Of a stretch of 16,471 bases of DNA, positions 15,825 through 16,471 are shown piece after piece. Location: contig JBMFMB010000025.1 in NCBI GenBank assembly GCA_049970895.1, positions 320-16,790 on the forward strand, given 5' to 3'. Below the pieces are notes generated by a model, which was not told where the DNA came from, did no database searches, and worked only from the letters and a program-made list of their open reading frames with translations. Source of the stretch: Candidatus Bathyarchaeia archaeon. GTDB lineage: Archaea > Thermoproteota > Bathyarchaeia > Bathyarchaeales > Bathycorpusculaceae. Each line of letters starts with the position of its first letter. Within the stretch, counting starts at the first letter, position 1. The translations under genes were made by a program, and so were the position numbers.

Positions 15825-16471
15825 GTGGAGCATGTATTTGACGCTTATGCAGAAAAATATGATAGGTGGTATGAAAAACCTTTTGGCATGTCAGCTTTTA
15901 ACTTGGAAAAAGCCTGTATAAAATCTGTTTGTAAAAATTTGGAGGCGCCCTTTCTTGAGATAGGTGTTGGCACGGGAAGATTTGCGGAGGCCTTAAAAAT
16001 AGAGTATGGAATTGACGTATCTGCTGGCGTGTTAAAGTTTGCAAAGAAACGTGGAATAACAGTTATCCGTGGAGGGGGCGAAAATTTACCGTTCGCCGAC
16101 AACTCTTTCGGAGCTGTCTTCATCATAGTTACCATATGCTTTGTTAATAATCCATTAAAAGTTTTGGAGGAGGCTAAAAGAGTTTTAAAGAATGATGGAA
16201 GCATAATTCTTGGGCTAATTCTGAAAGAAAGCCCATGGGCGAGCTTCTACAAGAAAAAAGGTGAAATGGGGGGAAACGTTTTCTACAGAGTTGCCAAATT
16301 TTACAGCTTTAAAGAATTAAAAGCCATTATAAAGAAAGCCGAGCTTGAAATTGAAGATGTAAGCTCCACGATTTTTCAAGCTCCAACAGAGGATCTTCAT
16401 TTCGAGTTTCCAAGGAAAGGCTATTACGAAAAAGCAGGATTTGTAGTTATAAAACTTGGCAAATCAACTCT
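15825..16471 (+). CDS. Class I SAM-dependent methyltransferase (stop codon beyond window)
   Basis: Not in the ORF track. GTG at 15825: MEHVFDAYAEKYDRWYEKP...LEIGVGTGRFA...GIDVS...ENLPFADNSF...TICFV...EAKRVLKNDG; open to the window end. Confidence 0.92.
   Translation, partial: MEHVFDAYAEKYDRWYEKPFGMSAFNLEKACIKSVCKNLEAPFLEIGVGTGRFAEALKIEYGIDVSAGVLKFAKKRGITVIRGGGENLPFADNSFGAVFIIVTICFVNNPLKVLEEAKRVLKNDGSIILGLILKESPWASFYKKKGEMGGNVFYRVAKFYSFKELKAIIKKAELEIEDVSSTIFQAPTEDLHFEFPRKGYYEKAGFVVIKLGKST

Noticed and set aside
15845-16204. Minus-strand 119-aa ORF
   Set aside because: Antisense to the clear methyltransferase gene starting at 15825.
1-16471. CRISPR array, tRNA, rRNA or transposase
   Set aside because: No regularly spaced repeats, cloverleaf or transposase motifs were seen by eye.

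Overview
Archaeal genomic DNA, inferred from the TATA/leaderless promoters, GGTGA Shine-Dalgarno sites and gene style (Bathyarchaeia-like, tentative). Bases 1-~690 look like the GC-richer edge of a mobile element, with three small minus-strand genes (C2H2 zinc finger, helical hypothetical, RHH-like protein). The rest is a metal/metallocofactor neighbourhood. (i) A minus-strand operon encodes an ECF S-component-like membrane protein, a ChlH/CobN-family chelatase and a ChlI-VWA (ChlID) ATPase; its promoter carries three GTATTRC boxes at an exact 21-bp period (NikR-like). (ii) An EamA transporter and a ZnuC/ZnuB-type ABC pair follow, with no binding protein nearby. (iii) A DUF134 gene is divergent from a long plus-strand cluster: Trp/Tyr/Pro-rich DUF5320-like proteins, Zn-ribbon, NifB/NifX protein, Cys-rich helical protein, HTH regulator, TrmO/TsaA, thioredoxin, ferredoxin, CooT, CooC, CoA-binding protein and a SAM methyltransferase. 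A TGTG-N6-CACA-like palindrome recurs at the same offset from TATA in two promoters of this cluster. All family calls come from motif recognition, not database searches.
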